The translations under genes were made by a program, and so were the position numbers. 64,000 bases of DNA from Thermoanaerobaculia bacterium. GTDB taxonomy: Bacteria; Acidobacteriota; Thermoanaerobaculia; Multivoradales; Multivoraceae. The notes under the pieces were generated by a model. That model saw nothing but the letters and a program-made list of their open reading frames with translations, ran no database searches and was not told where the DNA came from. Location of the stretch: contig OY762911.1 in the NCBI GenBank assembly GCA_963666565.1, forward strand, positions 2,304,001 through 2,368,000, given 5' to 3'. Shown piece after piece: positions 34,096 to 43,203 of the stretch (the first letter of the stretch is position 1; the number at the start of each line of letters is the position of its first letter).

Positions 34096-36618
34096 ATGAG
34101 CGAATCCCGACTTCCCGTAGCGGATGACCGCGGTGCCGGGTCCGGTCCGGACCGGCGGCGGTTCCGGCGCTTGGCGTTCCGCCTGGCGCTTCCCTGTCTC
34201 GTCTTTCTTGCCGCGAGCGCCCAGGGTCAACGGTTCTTGACCGTCGCACCGCTGGGCGACGATCCGACCTCGGACGGTTGGTCGGTCGACGTCGATCACG
34301 ACCTCGTGCGTTCCGCGCCGCGGCGTATCGAGTTCGAGGCGCCGGACGGCCGCGTCCTGACCCCCGAGATGCGCGTCTTCGAAGACCGCGGCGACGGCAA
34401 CGCGATGTGGGTCGGCGGCTATCCCGAACTCGGCTACGACAACGTCGTGCTGACGCTGCAGGACGGCCACCTGCTGGGGCGCTTCGGGCTGCCGGAAGGC
34501 GGCACGTACTGGATTCGCTCGCCCGGCCAGGGTTCCGGCCGCCTGACCGAGGGCGGCGAGACGTCGGCGCGGGCCTGCGGCGGCGGAGTCGTACCGGACC
34601 GCGACCCGGTGGAGCGGGTGGCCGCGGCGGCGAGCGCGGACACGCCCCGGCGCGCGAAGAACGCGTCGAACCACGACCGCCTCGACATCCTGGTGCTCTA
34701 CACGGCAGCCGCGCGGCAGCGGCTGGAGCAGGCGGGCTGGGGGGCGCCCGCGGCGTTCACGCAGCACGCAATGGACTACCTGAACCTGGTGTTCCGCAAC
34801 AACCAGGTCACCGTGACGGGGAATCTGGTGCACCAGGAGGAGGCGCCGGCCGTATTGGGTCAGTTCAACAACCCGCTGGACGCGCTCACGGGCAGTCAAG
34901 AGGTGCACGATCTGCGGGTGGAGCACGAGGCCGATCTCGTCCACCTGTTCTTCAACGCCGAGGCCGGTCTCTGCGGCCAAGCATGGCTGATGACGCGTGG
35001 GAGCACGGCGGCGAACTTCTGGCGCAGCGGCTACGGCATTACGTCCGTGGCCGGCGGCTGCGTCAGCGCCGAGCGGCTGGTGCGGCCCGGAGAACACGCG
35101 AACCATGTCGAGACGTTCGCCCACGAGATCGGCCACAACCTGGGGGGGAATCACAACCCGGAGGACACGGGTCTCGAGCCCGACCGGGCGATTTACCCCT
35201 ACGCCTTCGGCCACCACAACTTCGAGCCGCAGCCCAACCGGAAGAGCGTGATGAGCTACAACGAGGGCCGGCAGATGCCGTTCTTCTCGACCGTGCGGGT
35301 GAAGCCGGATGGCTACACCCTCGGCGTCGCGAACGAGCGGGAGAACGAGCGCGCCGTGCAGCAGACCATTCACATCGCGGTCCGGCTCAGCGACCAGCTT
35401 CCCGAACCGGGGGAACCCCCGCCGCCGCCGCCGCCGCCAGGCGATCTGCCGTCGGCGCCCACCGACGTTTCCGTTCTGGCCACCGGCAGCACCAGCGTCA
35501 AGGTGACCTGGACCGACACGTCGGACGACGAGCACGGCTTCCACGTCCTCGCCCGGCCCGCGGGCGCCGGCTGGCGGACGGTGGCCGAGGCGCCCGCGAA
35601 CGCGGAGTCGGCCGACGTCGACGGCCTCAGGGCCGGCGCCCGCTACGACTTCCGCGTCCGGGCCTGGAACCGCAGCGGCGGCCGCAATAGCGGCGTGACG
35701 ACGATCGTCCTGAGCGGGGCCGAGTACACCGACTGCGTGCCGTCCGCGGCCCAGATCGCGTTCGAGCACGGCTTCACCGTCAGCATGTGCGTCGAGTACG
35801 AGAAGGACGGCGAGACGGTGAAGACGGACGCGAAGGACTACGGCCTCGAGTCCCGGGAATCGGGGTTGCTGTACTTCTTCGATCGCGACAATGCGGAGGT
35901 GCTGGTCAAGGTGCTCGACGCCTGCGCGGTGAACCAGTACCGCTGGGTGTTCGTCGCGCCGGTCACGGACCTAGCCTTCAACCTTCGCGTCAACGAGACG
36001 GAAACCGGGAAGTCGTGGACCCACCGTAACCCCAGGGGCGGCCAGACCGCGTTGACGAAGAGCGACGTGCGGGCCTTCCCGTGCGACGGCGGGGCGGGAT
36101 CGACCGCCGCCGGCGAGCCTGGCGGCGAAGGCGTGACCGGCGTGGACCTCGTCGCGGCGGGTCTTCCCGCCGCCCCGGCGCCGGCGCCGGCCGCGACGCC
36201 GCCTGCAGCGCTGCTTTCCGCGGCGTCCGTGATCCAGCCCATCGGCGCCGGCGAGGCGACGGACTGCGCGCCGATGCCGGCGATGACGCTGGCCGGCGGC
36301 TACACCGTCAACATGTGCGTCGAGTACCTCAAGGACGGCAACCCCGAGGTCAAGGAGGCGCTGGACTACGGTCTGGATTCCCGGCAGTCGGGGCTCCTGT
36401 ACTTCTTCGATCGCAACAACGCGGAAGTGCTGATCAAGGTGCTCGACGGCTGCGACGTGAACCGGCACCGCTGGGTGTTCGTGGCGCCGGTGACGGACCT
36501 CGCGTTCAACCTGTCGGTCGTGTCGCCGGACGGCCAGGCGGTGTGGACGCACGACAACGCGCTGGGCCAGACCGCGTCGGCCAAGAGCGACGTCGCGGCC
36601 TTCCCCTGCGCCAACTGA
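34096..36618 (+). CDS. Second M12B/reprolysin-like metalloprotease paralog with one Fn3 domain and two C-terminal unnamed domains
   Basis: HEIGHNLGGNHN, SVMSY; prodomain shared with the upstream gene (VFEDRGDGNxMW, SNHDRxDIL.LYT). Confidence 0.88.
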   Translation: MSESRLPVADDRGAGSGPDRRRFRRLAFRLALPCLVFLAASAQGQRFLTVAPLGDDPTSDGWSVDVDHDLVRSAPRRIEFEAPDGRVLTPEMRVFEDRGDGNAMWVGGYPELGYDNVVLTLQDGHLLGRFGLPEGGTYWIRSPGQGSGRLTEGGETSARACGGGVVPDRDPVERVAAAASADTPRRAKNASNHDRLDILVLYTAAARQRLEQAGWGAPAAFTQHAMDYLNLVFRNNQVTVTGNLVHQEEAPAVLGQFNNPLDALTGSQEVHDLRVEHEADLVHLFFNAEAGLCGQAWLMTRGSTAANFWRSGYGITSVAGGCVSAERLVRPGEHANHVETFAHEIGHNLGGNHNPEDTGLEPDRAIYPYAFGHHNFEPQPNRKSVMSYNEGRQMPFFSTVRVKPDGYTLGVANERENERAVQQTIHIAVRLSDQLPEPGEPPPPPPPPGDLPSAPTDVSVLATGSTSVKVTWTDTSDDEHGFHVLARPAGAGWRTVAEAPANAESADVDGLRAGARYDFRVRAWNRSGGRNSGVTTIVLSGAEYTDCVPSAAQIAFEHGFTVSMCVEYEKDGETVKTDAKDYGLESRESGLLYFFDRDNAEVLVKVLDACAVNQYRWVFVAPVTDLAFNLRVNETETGKSWTHRNPRGGQTALTKSDVRAFPCDGGAGSTAAGEPGGEGVTGVDLVAAGLPAAPAPAPAATPPAALLSAASVIQPIGAGEATDCAPMPAMTLAGGYTVNMCVEYLKDGNPEVKEALDYGLDSRQSGLLYFFDRNNAEVLIKVLDGCDVNRHRWVFVAPVTDLAFNLSVVSPDGQAVWTHDNALGQTASAKSDVAAFPCAN

Positions 36619-36721
36619 CCGGCGAGCGGGACCGCTCCCCCTTCGCGTCGTCGCTGCTCCCGGAGTGCCAGCCGGAACGGCGGCGCTCCCGGAGAACCGG
36701 GCTTCCCGCTCTCGCAGGCGG

Positions 36722-38182
36722 TCAATAGACCGCCGTCTCCGGGTAGAACGCGTACCAGCCGAACCAGAAGGCCGCGTGGCCCGGCACGCGCGGCAGCAGC
36801 TCGCCGCCCGCGTCGGGCGCCAGGCCGTCCTCGGCGATCCACCAGACGCTGCCGTCGTCCGCGCGAAGCTGGCGGAGCGGTGCCTCGTCCGGCGCATCGA
36901 ACCTCCGTCCGCCTCGTTCGTAGGCCCGCACCGCGTCGCTTGCCGGGTCGAGGACGAGCACGACGTTTCGGCCTCCGAGGGTGTCGTGGACCAGCCGCTC
37001 GGCGCGCAGCTTCGCGAGCGGGTAGGCCTTCGCCTCGCCGGCGATCCGAAGCGCGTAGATCGGCTCGTTGCGCGGGAGCGCGTCGCTTTGCCTCCACACC
37101 GGGAACTCGACGCCCGTGCGCGCCCGTTCGGCGGCGCCTTCGACGTAGCGGTAGCCGGTGCGCCGCGCGGTCTCCGGGTCGGGCCGCATGATCGTCGTGT
37201 CCGGGTAGCGCTGTCGCCAGGCGTCCCATCGCGTGAGGGTCATCGGCAGCATCCTGAGTTTCGCTCCCTCGGCGGCGCGCTCCCCGACGACGGCCTCGCC
37301 GGTCAGGTTGCTCCACAGGCTGAGCGTGGCGCGGTCGAACATCAGCTTGTTCGAGCGGTAGAGCAGGCCGGAGGTGCCGAAGCGGAGGCGGTTGCCGTCG
37401 CCGTCGACCGCCGCGTAGAGGATCCCCGAACCGCACAGCGTGCAGAAGGAGAGTACGACCGGCTGGCCGCCCACCGTGTCGTTCAGGAGTTCGTGCCAGC
37501 TCAGCACCTTGACCGGGTAGGCGCGCCGCTCGCCGCCCAGGCTGACGCCGAAGACGGTGTCCGTGTCGCGCATGAAGCGGGCGACGTCCGCCGGGACGAA
37601 GGCGGGATCGTCGATGGCCGGGATGCCGTCGAGCGGCACGCCGCCCGTGTGGACTTCTCGCAGCCGCAGGCGCACCGCCGCGCCGGGACGGAAAATCTCG
37701 CCGTAGACCGGGTCGATGCGCGAGAACGTCTCCCCCTTCCAGGCGACGTAGCCGGGCGGCGCCGCGAGATCGTCGCGGCTGGCGGCGTGGAGGAACCAGT
37801 CCCGGTAGCGGCCGCCGAGCCGTTCGCCGGCGAGGCGCTCCAGGAGTTCCCTGCCGTCGGCGCGGGCCTCGCCCGGCATGAAGAAGTACGCGTCGACCAG
37901 CGGGATCAGCGTCGCCGGATCGGCCTTCGACAGCGCGGCCGCCGCCTTGCGCCGCGCCTTCGGCTTCGTCGACATCAGCCGCCGCAGGCGTTCGTAGACG
38001 GGACCGTCGGCGCCGGCGGGGTCCACCGAGAGCTGCCGCGGCGTCGCTCGGGGTTCGTCGGCCGGCGGAACCTGGGCCGCAACGCTGGTCGCGGCGAACA
38101 GCGCCAGGAAGGCGAACGCGGCGGCCGGTCGCGGAGCGGCGGTCGGCGGCGGAAGCGCGTTCCGGGGTCGTGGAGAGGTCAT
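36722..38182 (-). CDS. DUF3179 domain-containing protein, exported
   Basis: GGVPLDGIPAIDDP, RAYP...WHELLND, FCTLCGSG, FGTSGLLYRSN, FWFGWYAFYPET motifs. Confidence 0.88.
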   Translation of the reverse strand: MTSPRPRNALPPPTAAPRPAAAFAFLALFAATSVAAQVPPADEPRATPRQLSVDPAGADGPVYERLRRLMSTKPKARRKAAAALSKADPATLIPLVDAYFFMPGEARADGRELLERLAGERLGGRYRDWFLHAASRDDLAAPPGYVAWKGETFSRIDPVYGEIFRPGAAVRLRLREVHTGGVPLDGIPAIDDPAFVPADVARFMRDTDTVFGVSLGGERRAYPVKVLSWHELLNDTVGGQPVVLSFCTLCGSGILYAAVDGDGNRLRFGTSGLLYRSNKLMFDRATLSLWSNLTGEAVVGERAAEGAKLRMLPMTLTRWDAWRQRYPDTTIMRPDPETARRTGYRYVEGAAERARTGVEFPVWRQSDALPRNEPIYALRIAGEAKAYPLAKLRAERLVHDTLGGRNVVLVLDPASDAVRAYERGGRRFDAPDEAPLRQLRADDGSVWWIAEDGLAPDAGGELLPRVPGHAAFWFGWYAFYPETAVY

Positions 38183-38204
38183 CGTCTCGGTCGCCGTCGA
38201 TAGT

Positions 38205-38705
38205 ATGCGCGCCGTGCCGGAAGCAGTGCCCAGGGCCAGAGCGTGGCTCCTCGTCCTGCTGCTCGGCGTCGGCGCGGTTGCCGCGCAGGGTCCGCCGCGG
38301 GTCGTTCTCTCCGGCATCGAGGTGGCGCCGGCCGCGCCCGGCGCCGAGACGCTCTGCAAGTTGACCGCGACGATCGAGAACTCGGGCGACCGGGCCGTCT
38401 ACGGCTTCGGCTTCGACGTCGAGCTGAACGGCGAACCGTTGCCCGTTTACGAGAAGCAACTCTTCCTCCAGGTGATCGAGGCCGGCGAGACGGAGGAGGT
38501 CGCTCTCTTCAACTTCTGGACCTCGGAAACCGGCCGGCCGGCGCCGGCGGACGGCAAGCTCGAGGTGCTGGTCCGTCTGCGAGAGGCGCGCTGGGTCGAG
38601 GTCTCCGAGGTCGAAGAAGACGGCGAGACCGTCGAGGTGTGGACGCCGCTGGGAGACGTCGCCGGTCTGCCGCAGGCGGTCAGCCTGGCGCTCGAACTGA
38701 AGTGA
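38205..38705 (+). CDS. Secreted hypothetical beta-sandwich protein
   Basis: Signal peptide (WLLVLLLGVGAVAA), beta-strand-like pattern; divergent from DUF3179. Confidence 0.75.
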   Translation: MRAVPEAVPRARAWLLVLLLGVGAVAAQGPPRVVLSGIEVAPAAPGAETLCKLTATIENSGDRAVYGFGFDVELNGEPLPVYEKQLFLQVIEAGETEEVALFNFWTSETGRPAPADGKLEVLVRLREARWVEVSEVEEDGETVEVWTPLGDVAGLPQAVSLALELK

Positions 38706-38710
38706 CCGCA

Positions 38711-41113
38711 ATGCGCGTCCGTTGGGTGCGCGGGTCTTCCGACCCGCTCACGGGCGAAGCCGCGGAGCGGCGCAGCCCGGACAACAGGGCCGCCGGCCGG
38801 GGGCCGGCGACCGCGGCAGACGAGACGCCAGCCAAAGCGGCGCCGGCCTTGCGGCCGGCTCGTACTCCTGGCCGCCTTCGGCGGCAGCGGGTCGGAAGAC
38901 CCGCGCACCCAGCCGGCGGCCGGTTGGGTGCAGGGTCGTTCGCGTTCGCCGCGGCCTTCGTCGTGGCGGCGTGCTCTCCCGCGCCGCCGGAGTCCCGCCC
39001 CGGCGCCGGCGTCGGCACCGCCGCGCCGCGGCCGCCGATCGTCCTGATCTCCATCGACACCCTGCGCTCGGACCGGCTGCCCGCCTACGGCTACGACGCG
39101 GTCGAGACGCCTGCCATCGACCGCCTTGCCGCCGACGGCGTCCTGTTCGAGCGCGCCTACACCCACGTCAACGTCACCCTGCCCTCGCACGCGAGCCTGT
39201 TCACCGGCCTGCTGCCGCCGGACCACGGCGTGCGCGACAACGCCGGCTACCGCCTGGACGAGGCGGTCCCGACCCTGGCGGCGGAACTCGGGCAAGCCGG
39301 CTACGCGACGGGCGGCTTCGTGTCCTCCTACGTCCTGCGCGCCGGGACCGGAATCGCCAGCGGCTTCGACGTCTACGACGACGAGGTCGGGTTCGAGACC
39401 GGCCGCCAGTTGGGCCAGCTTCAGCGCGCGGGCGCCGAGACGCTCACCGCGGCCTCCGAGTGGCTCGGCGGCGTGGCGGGAACGCCCTTCTTCCTGTTCC
39501 TTCACCTCTACGAGCCGCACGCCCCCTACGAGCCGCCGCCGCCGTTCGCCGAGCGCTACCCGGAGAACCCGTACGACGGCGAGGTCGCAGCGGCGGACGC
39601 GGTCGTCGGCGCGCTGATCACGCGCCTGGAGGAACTCGGCGTCTACGACGAAGCTCTCGTTGTCCTGCTCTCGGACCACGGCGAGGGACTGATGGACCAC
39701 GGCGAGATGGACCACCTGATCCTCATCTACCGGGAAGTGCTCCAGGTGCCCCTGATCGTGAAGCTGCCGGACGGTTCGCGTGCCGGCGAGCGGATCGCGG
39801 CGAACGCGCAGCTCGCCGACGTGGCGCCCGCGGTCTACTCGCTGCTCGGCCTGGAAGCGCCGCCTGGACTCGCCGGCGAGGATCTGCTCGCCCTCGGCGC
39901 GGCCCCGCCGGACGCTGCGCCGCGCCGGATCGTCTCGGAGAGCGTCTATCCGCGGATCCACTTCGGCTGGAGCGACCTCGGCTCGGTCGTCGAGGGCGAG
40001 CTGCACTTCATCGAATCGCCCGAGCCGGAGCTGTTCCGCCTGTCCGAGGATCCGGCCGAGCGGAACAACGTGATCCAGCAGGAGCGGGCGGCCGCGCGGC
40101 GCCTGCGCGCGGCGCTTGCGGAGATCGACCGTTCCCTGGCGGCGCCGGCCGAGGACGATCCGGAGGTCCGCCGCCGGCTCGAGTCGCTCGGCTACCTGTC
40201 CGGCGGCGCGAGTGGCGGCGACGGGCCGCTTGCCGACCCCAAGGGCCGCATCTCCGTCGTCGCGGATCTGGGCCGCGCCATGCGGTTGGCGGACGCTGGC
40301 GAACTGGCGGAGGCTGAGTCGGCGTTGCGGGCGGTAGTAACCGCCGAGCCACAACTCGTGCTCGCGTGGCAGTCGCTCGGCGACGTGCTGGAACGCCGGA
40401 AGCGGCCCGGGCCGGCGCTCGAGGCCTACCGCGAGGCGTTCGAGCTCTCGGCCGGCGGCGCCTCCGCAGCGGGGCTCAAGGTCGCCGAACTGCTGCTCCA
40501 GGAGGGCCGCGTCGCCGAGGCCCGCGAACACGCCCTGGCGGTGATTGACCGGTCGCCCATGGCGAACGACGTGCTGGCGCAGGCGGCGATGCTGGAAGGA
40601 GACCTGGACGCGGCCGGAGCACACCTGGAGCGGGCGGTCGCGGAGCGCGGCTTCCGCGTGAGACCTCTGATCACGAAGGCGGCTTGGCTGAACAGACAGG
40701 ATCGCTTCGAGGAAACCCTGGCGCTGAGCGACGGATTGCTGGCCGAGTTCGGCGACCGGCGCGACCGGGAGATCCTCGGGCACCTGTATCTCTACCGCGG
40801 CGCGGCGCTGGCGGCCCTGGGGCGCGAGGGCGAGTCCGAGAGCGCGTACCGGGAGGCGATCGCGCTGGGGCCCGATCTCCTCGGGGCCTGGTCCGGCCTG
40901 GCCTTCCTCCAGGCGCTCATGGGACGCGGCGCCGAGGTCGGCCGCACGCTGCAGGAAATGGTCGCCGTGAACCCGAGCCCGGCGGCGTACGCCGAAGCGG
41001 TGCGGGCGTTGCGGGCGATGAACGATCCGCGCTCCGCGGACGGCGTGCTCGGCGAGGCGCTGCGCCGGTGGCCGGAAGCCGAGGAGTTGCGGCTGCTCAC
41101 GGCCTCGCGCTGA
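38711..41113 (+). CDS. Alkaline-phosphatase-superfamily ('sulfatase-like') lipoprotein with C-terminal TPR repeats
   Basis: VAAC lipobox; IVLISIDTLRSD, TLPSHASLFTG, HLYEPHAPY, SDHGE, LESLGYL, then TPRs. ATG 38711 lies 5 nt after the previous stop. Confidence 0.87.
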   Translation: MRVRWVRGSSDPLTGEAAERRSPDNRAAGRGPATAADETPAKAAPALRPARTPGRLRRQRVGRPAHPAGGRLGAGSFAFAAAFVVAACSPAPPESRPGAGVGTAAPRPPIVLISIDTLRSDRLPAYGYDAVETPAIDRLAADGVLFERAYTHVNVTLPSHASLFTGLLPPDHGVRDNAGYRLDEAVPTLAAELGQAGYATGGFVSSYVLRAGTGIASGFDVYDDEVGFETGRQLGQLQRAGAETLTAASEWLGGVAGTPFFLFLHLYEPHAPYEPPPPFAERYPENPYDGEVAAADAVVGALITRLEELGVYDEALVVLLSDHGEGLMDHGEMDHLILIYREVLQVPLIVKLPDGSRAGERIAANAQLADVAPAVYSLLGLEAPPGLAGEDLLALGAAPPDAAPRRIVSESVYPRIHFGWSDLGSVVEGELHFIESPEPELFRLSEDPAERNNVIQQERAAARRLRAALAEIDRSLAAPAEDDPEVRRRLESLGYLSGGASGGDGPLADPKGRISVVADLGRAMRLADAGELAEAESALRAVVTAEPQLVLAWQSLGDVLERRKRPGPALEAYREAFELSAGGASAAGLKVAELLLQEGRVAEAREHALAVIDRSPMANDVLAQAAMLEGDLDAAGAHLERAVAERGFRVRPLITKAAWLNRQDRFEETLALSDGLLAEFGDRRDREILGHLYLYRGAALAALGREGESESAYREAIALGPDLLGAWSGLAFLQALMGRGAEVGRTLQEMVAVNPSPAAYAEAVRALRAMNDPRSADGVLGEALRRWPEAEELRLLTASR
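38723..38912. repeat. Complete REPIN-like element lying in-frame in the 5' end of the sulfatase-TPR ORF
   Basis: Forward copy 38723-38747, reverse copy 38887-38912; core is in the opposite orientation to the 21292 and 33892 elements. Confidence 0.9.
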
Positions 41114-41202
41114 GTCCGGCCGTGTCCGTCGGGTTCCGACCCGTCCGGGGGAACCGGGCAATCCCGGCCCGCATGAGTGCAAACGGGGTTAGGCTCTTGC
41201 TC

Positions 41203-43032
41203 ATGGCGGCGAACAGCACTGCGTCCGGCGGCAGGATTCCGACTTCGGCAGCCGCGTTGACGGTCCTCGCCCTCGGGATGCTCGGCGCGCTACCGGCGGC
41301 CGCCCAGCCCGAAGCCGCGCCGCCGCCTTCCGGTCCCGGCTTCACCGAGACCGTCGACGTCCAGGTCGTCAACATCGACGTCTACGTGACCGGCGCCGAC
41401 GGCAAGCCGGTGCTCGGGCTCGGTCCGGAGGACTTCGAGCTTCGGGTCGACGGCAATCCGGTAGGGATCAGCAACTTCTACGCGGTGGAACTCCGCGACG
41501 ACGAGCTCTTCGTGCGCCGCGGCGGCGGGGTCGAGGCCCAGCCCCTGGCGCCGCCTCCGCCTGCGGACCCGCGCGAGGCGGAACTGTTGCGCCGGGCCCC
41601 TCCCCGGATTCCGGCCGAGCACGCGCTGCACGTGGCCGTCTACATCGACAACTTCAACCTGACGCCGTTCAACCGCAACCGCGTCCTGCGCGAGCTGCGG
41701 GCCTTCATCCGCGAGCACCTGCGGCGCGAGGACCAGGTCATGCTGGCCTCGTCCGACCCCGGGCTCACGCTCCGCATGCCCTTCACGAACGACCGCGAGC
41801 AGTTGAACCGGACCCTGCTGGAGCTCGAGGAGGTCTCGGCGCAGCGGATCCACCGGAACAACGAGCGCCGGGACCTGATCAACAACGTGAACGACGTGAA
41901 CAACGAGGAGTCGATGGAGAACCGGCCCGGCGCCGCGGCGGCGGAGCGGGCCGGCCTGACGGTCGGCGGCGGCGGGAGCTGGGCGCGCAACGAACTGATG
42001 GCCTACGCGGGCTCGGTGCGCAACGACACGAACCTGGCGATCGACGCGCTGACGAGGGTGGTCGAGAACCTCTCCGCGGCGCCCGGCCGCAAGGCCCTGG
42101 TCTACGTCGCGGACGGCCTGCCGATGATCGCCGCCGAGGACATCTTCTACTTCGTCGAGCAGCTCTACGAGCGTTCCGTGTCGCTGATCGAGATGGCGGA
42201 TTACGACCTCTCGCGACGGTTCCAGCAGCTCGCGGCGAGCGCCAACGCGAACCGGACGAGCTTCTACGCGATCGATGCTCGCGGGCTGACCGTCCTCTCC
42301 CAGGGCACGGTCGACGGCCAGGTGGCGGGCGCGCCCGGACAGGCGACGCTGATCGACCAGATACGGATGACGAACCTCCAGGCGCCGCTGCAGCTCCTGG
42401 CCGAGGAGACGGGCGGCCGCGCGGTGATCAACGCGAACCGCGTGATGCCCGATCTGCTCAAGATCGCCGACGACTTCCGGAACTACTACGCCCTGGGCTA
42501 CATGCCCTCGAGCGCGGGCAGCGGCCGCTACCGCCGGATCGAGGTGCGCTGGAAGGACAGGCCGCGCGGCGCCTCGGTGCGCTACCGCCGGGGCTACCGC
42601 GACAAGACGACGGAGTCGCGGATGATCGAGGGCACGCTGTCGGCGCTCAACCTGAACATGCAGGAGAACCCTCTGAGCGTCCGGGTCAACAGCCTGCCGG
42701 CGAAGCGCCGTTCCGACGGCAACTACGACGTGCCGGTGGTCGTCGAGGTCGCCTGGAGCGAGCTGGCCCTGATTCCCCGGGACGGCGTCCACCACGGCCG
42801 CATCGAGCTATGGATCGCGGCGAAGGACGAGGAGGACCGCGCGACGCAGCCGCACCGCACGGAACTCAACATCGCCGTGCCGGAGGACCGCCTGGTGGAG
42901 ACGGAGGGCGGCACCTGGCGGTACGGCCTGGAAGTCACGATGGAGGCTGGCTACCACGACATCGGCATCGGCTTCCGCGACGCCATCGGCGGCCGCCGGT
43001 CCTTCCTGCGCGGCGGCGTCGACGTCCGATAG
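41203..43032 (+). CDS. Acidobacterial-type VWA domain protein, exported
   Basis: FTETVDVQVVNIDVYVT...GL..EDFEL, PGRKALVYVADG, LAEETGGRA, YYALGY, YRRGY. Confidence 0.88.
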   Translation: MAANSTASGGRIPTSAAALTVLALGMLGALPAAAQPEAAPPPSGPGFTETVDVQVVNIDVYVTGADGKPVLGLGPEDFELRVDGNPVGISNFYAVELRDDELFVRRGGGVEAQPLAPPPPADPREAELLRRAPPRIPAEHALHVAVYIDNFNLTPFNRNRVLRELRAFIREHLRREDQVMLASSDPGLTLRMPFTNDREQLNRTLLELEEVSAQRIHRNNERRDLINNVNDVNNEESMENRPGAAAAERAGLTVGGGGSWARNELMAYAGSVRNDTNLAIDALTRVVENLSAAPGRKALVYVADGLPMIAAEDIFYFVEQLYERSVSLIEMADYDLSRRFQQLAASANANRTSFYAIDARGLTVLSQGTVDGQVAGAPGQATLIDQIRMTNLQAPLQLLAEETGGRAVINANRVMPDLLKIADDFRNYYALGYMPSSAGSGRYRRIEVRWKDRPRGASVRYRRGYRDKTTESRMIEGTLSALNLNMQENPLSVRVNSLPAKRRSDGNYDVPVVVEVAWSELALIPRDGVHHGRIELWIAAKDEEDRATQPHRTELNIAVPEDRLVETEGGTWRYGLEVTMEAGYHDIGIGFRDAIGGRRSFLRGGVDVR

Positions 43033-43037
43033 GGGGT

Positions 43038-43195
43038 CTGGGTGCGCGGGTCTTCCGACCCGCACTCCCGTCGGAAGAGCCGCGCATCCAGAATGCGGGT
43101 CGGAAGACCCGCGCACCCAGTGGGTCGGAAGACCCGCGCACCCGGTGGGTCGGAAGACCCGCGCACCCGGTGGGTCGGAAGACCCGCGCACCCGG
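43038..43195. repeat. REP-like cluster: one forward copy, one degenerate copy and four reverse copies at 25-bp period
   Basis: gggtcggaagacccgcgcaccc at about 43097, 43122, 43147 and 43172; lies between convergent VWA genes. Confidence 0.93.
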
Positions 43196-43203
43196 TGGGG
43201 CCG

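Noticed and set aside
37420-37460. Possible selenocysteine in the DUF3179 CxxC motif
   Set aside because: Both positions are Cys codons (FCTLCG) with no in-frame TGA.
43095-43195. Short palindromic direct repeats resembling a CRISPR array
   Set aside because: Units are adjacent at 25-bp period with no unique spacers, there are no cas genes, and the unit is dispersed across the window.
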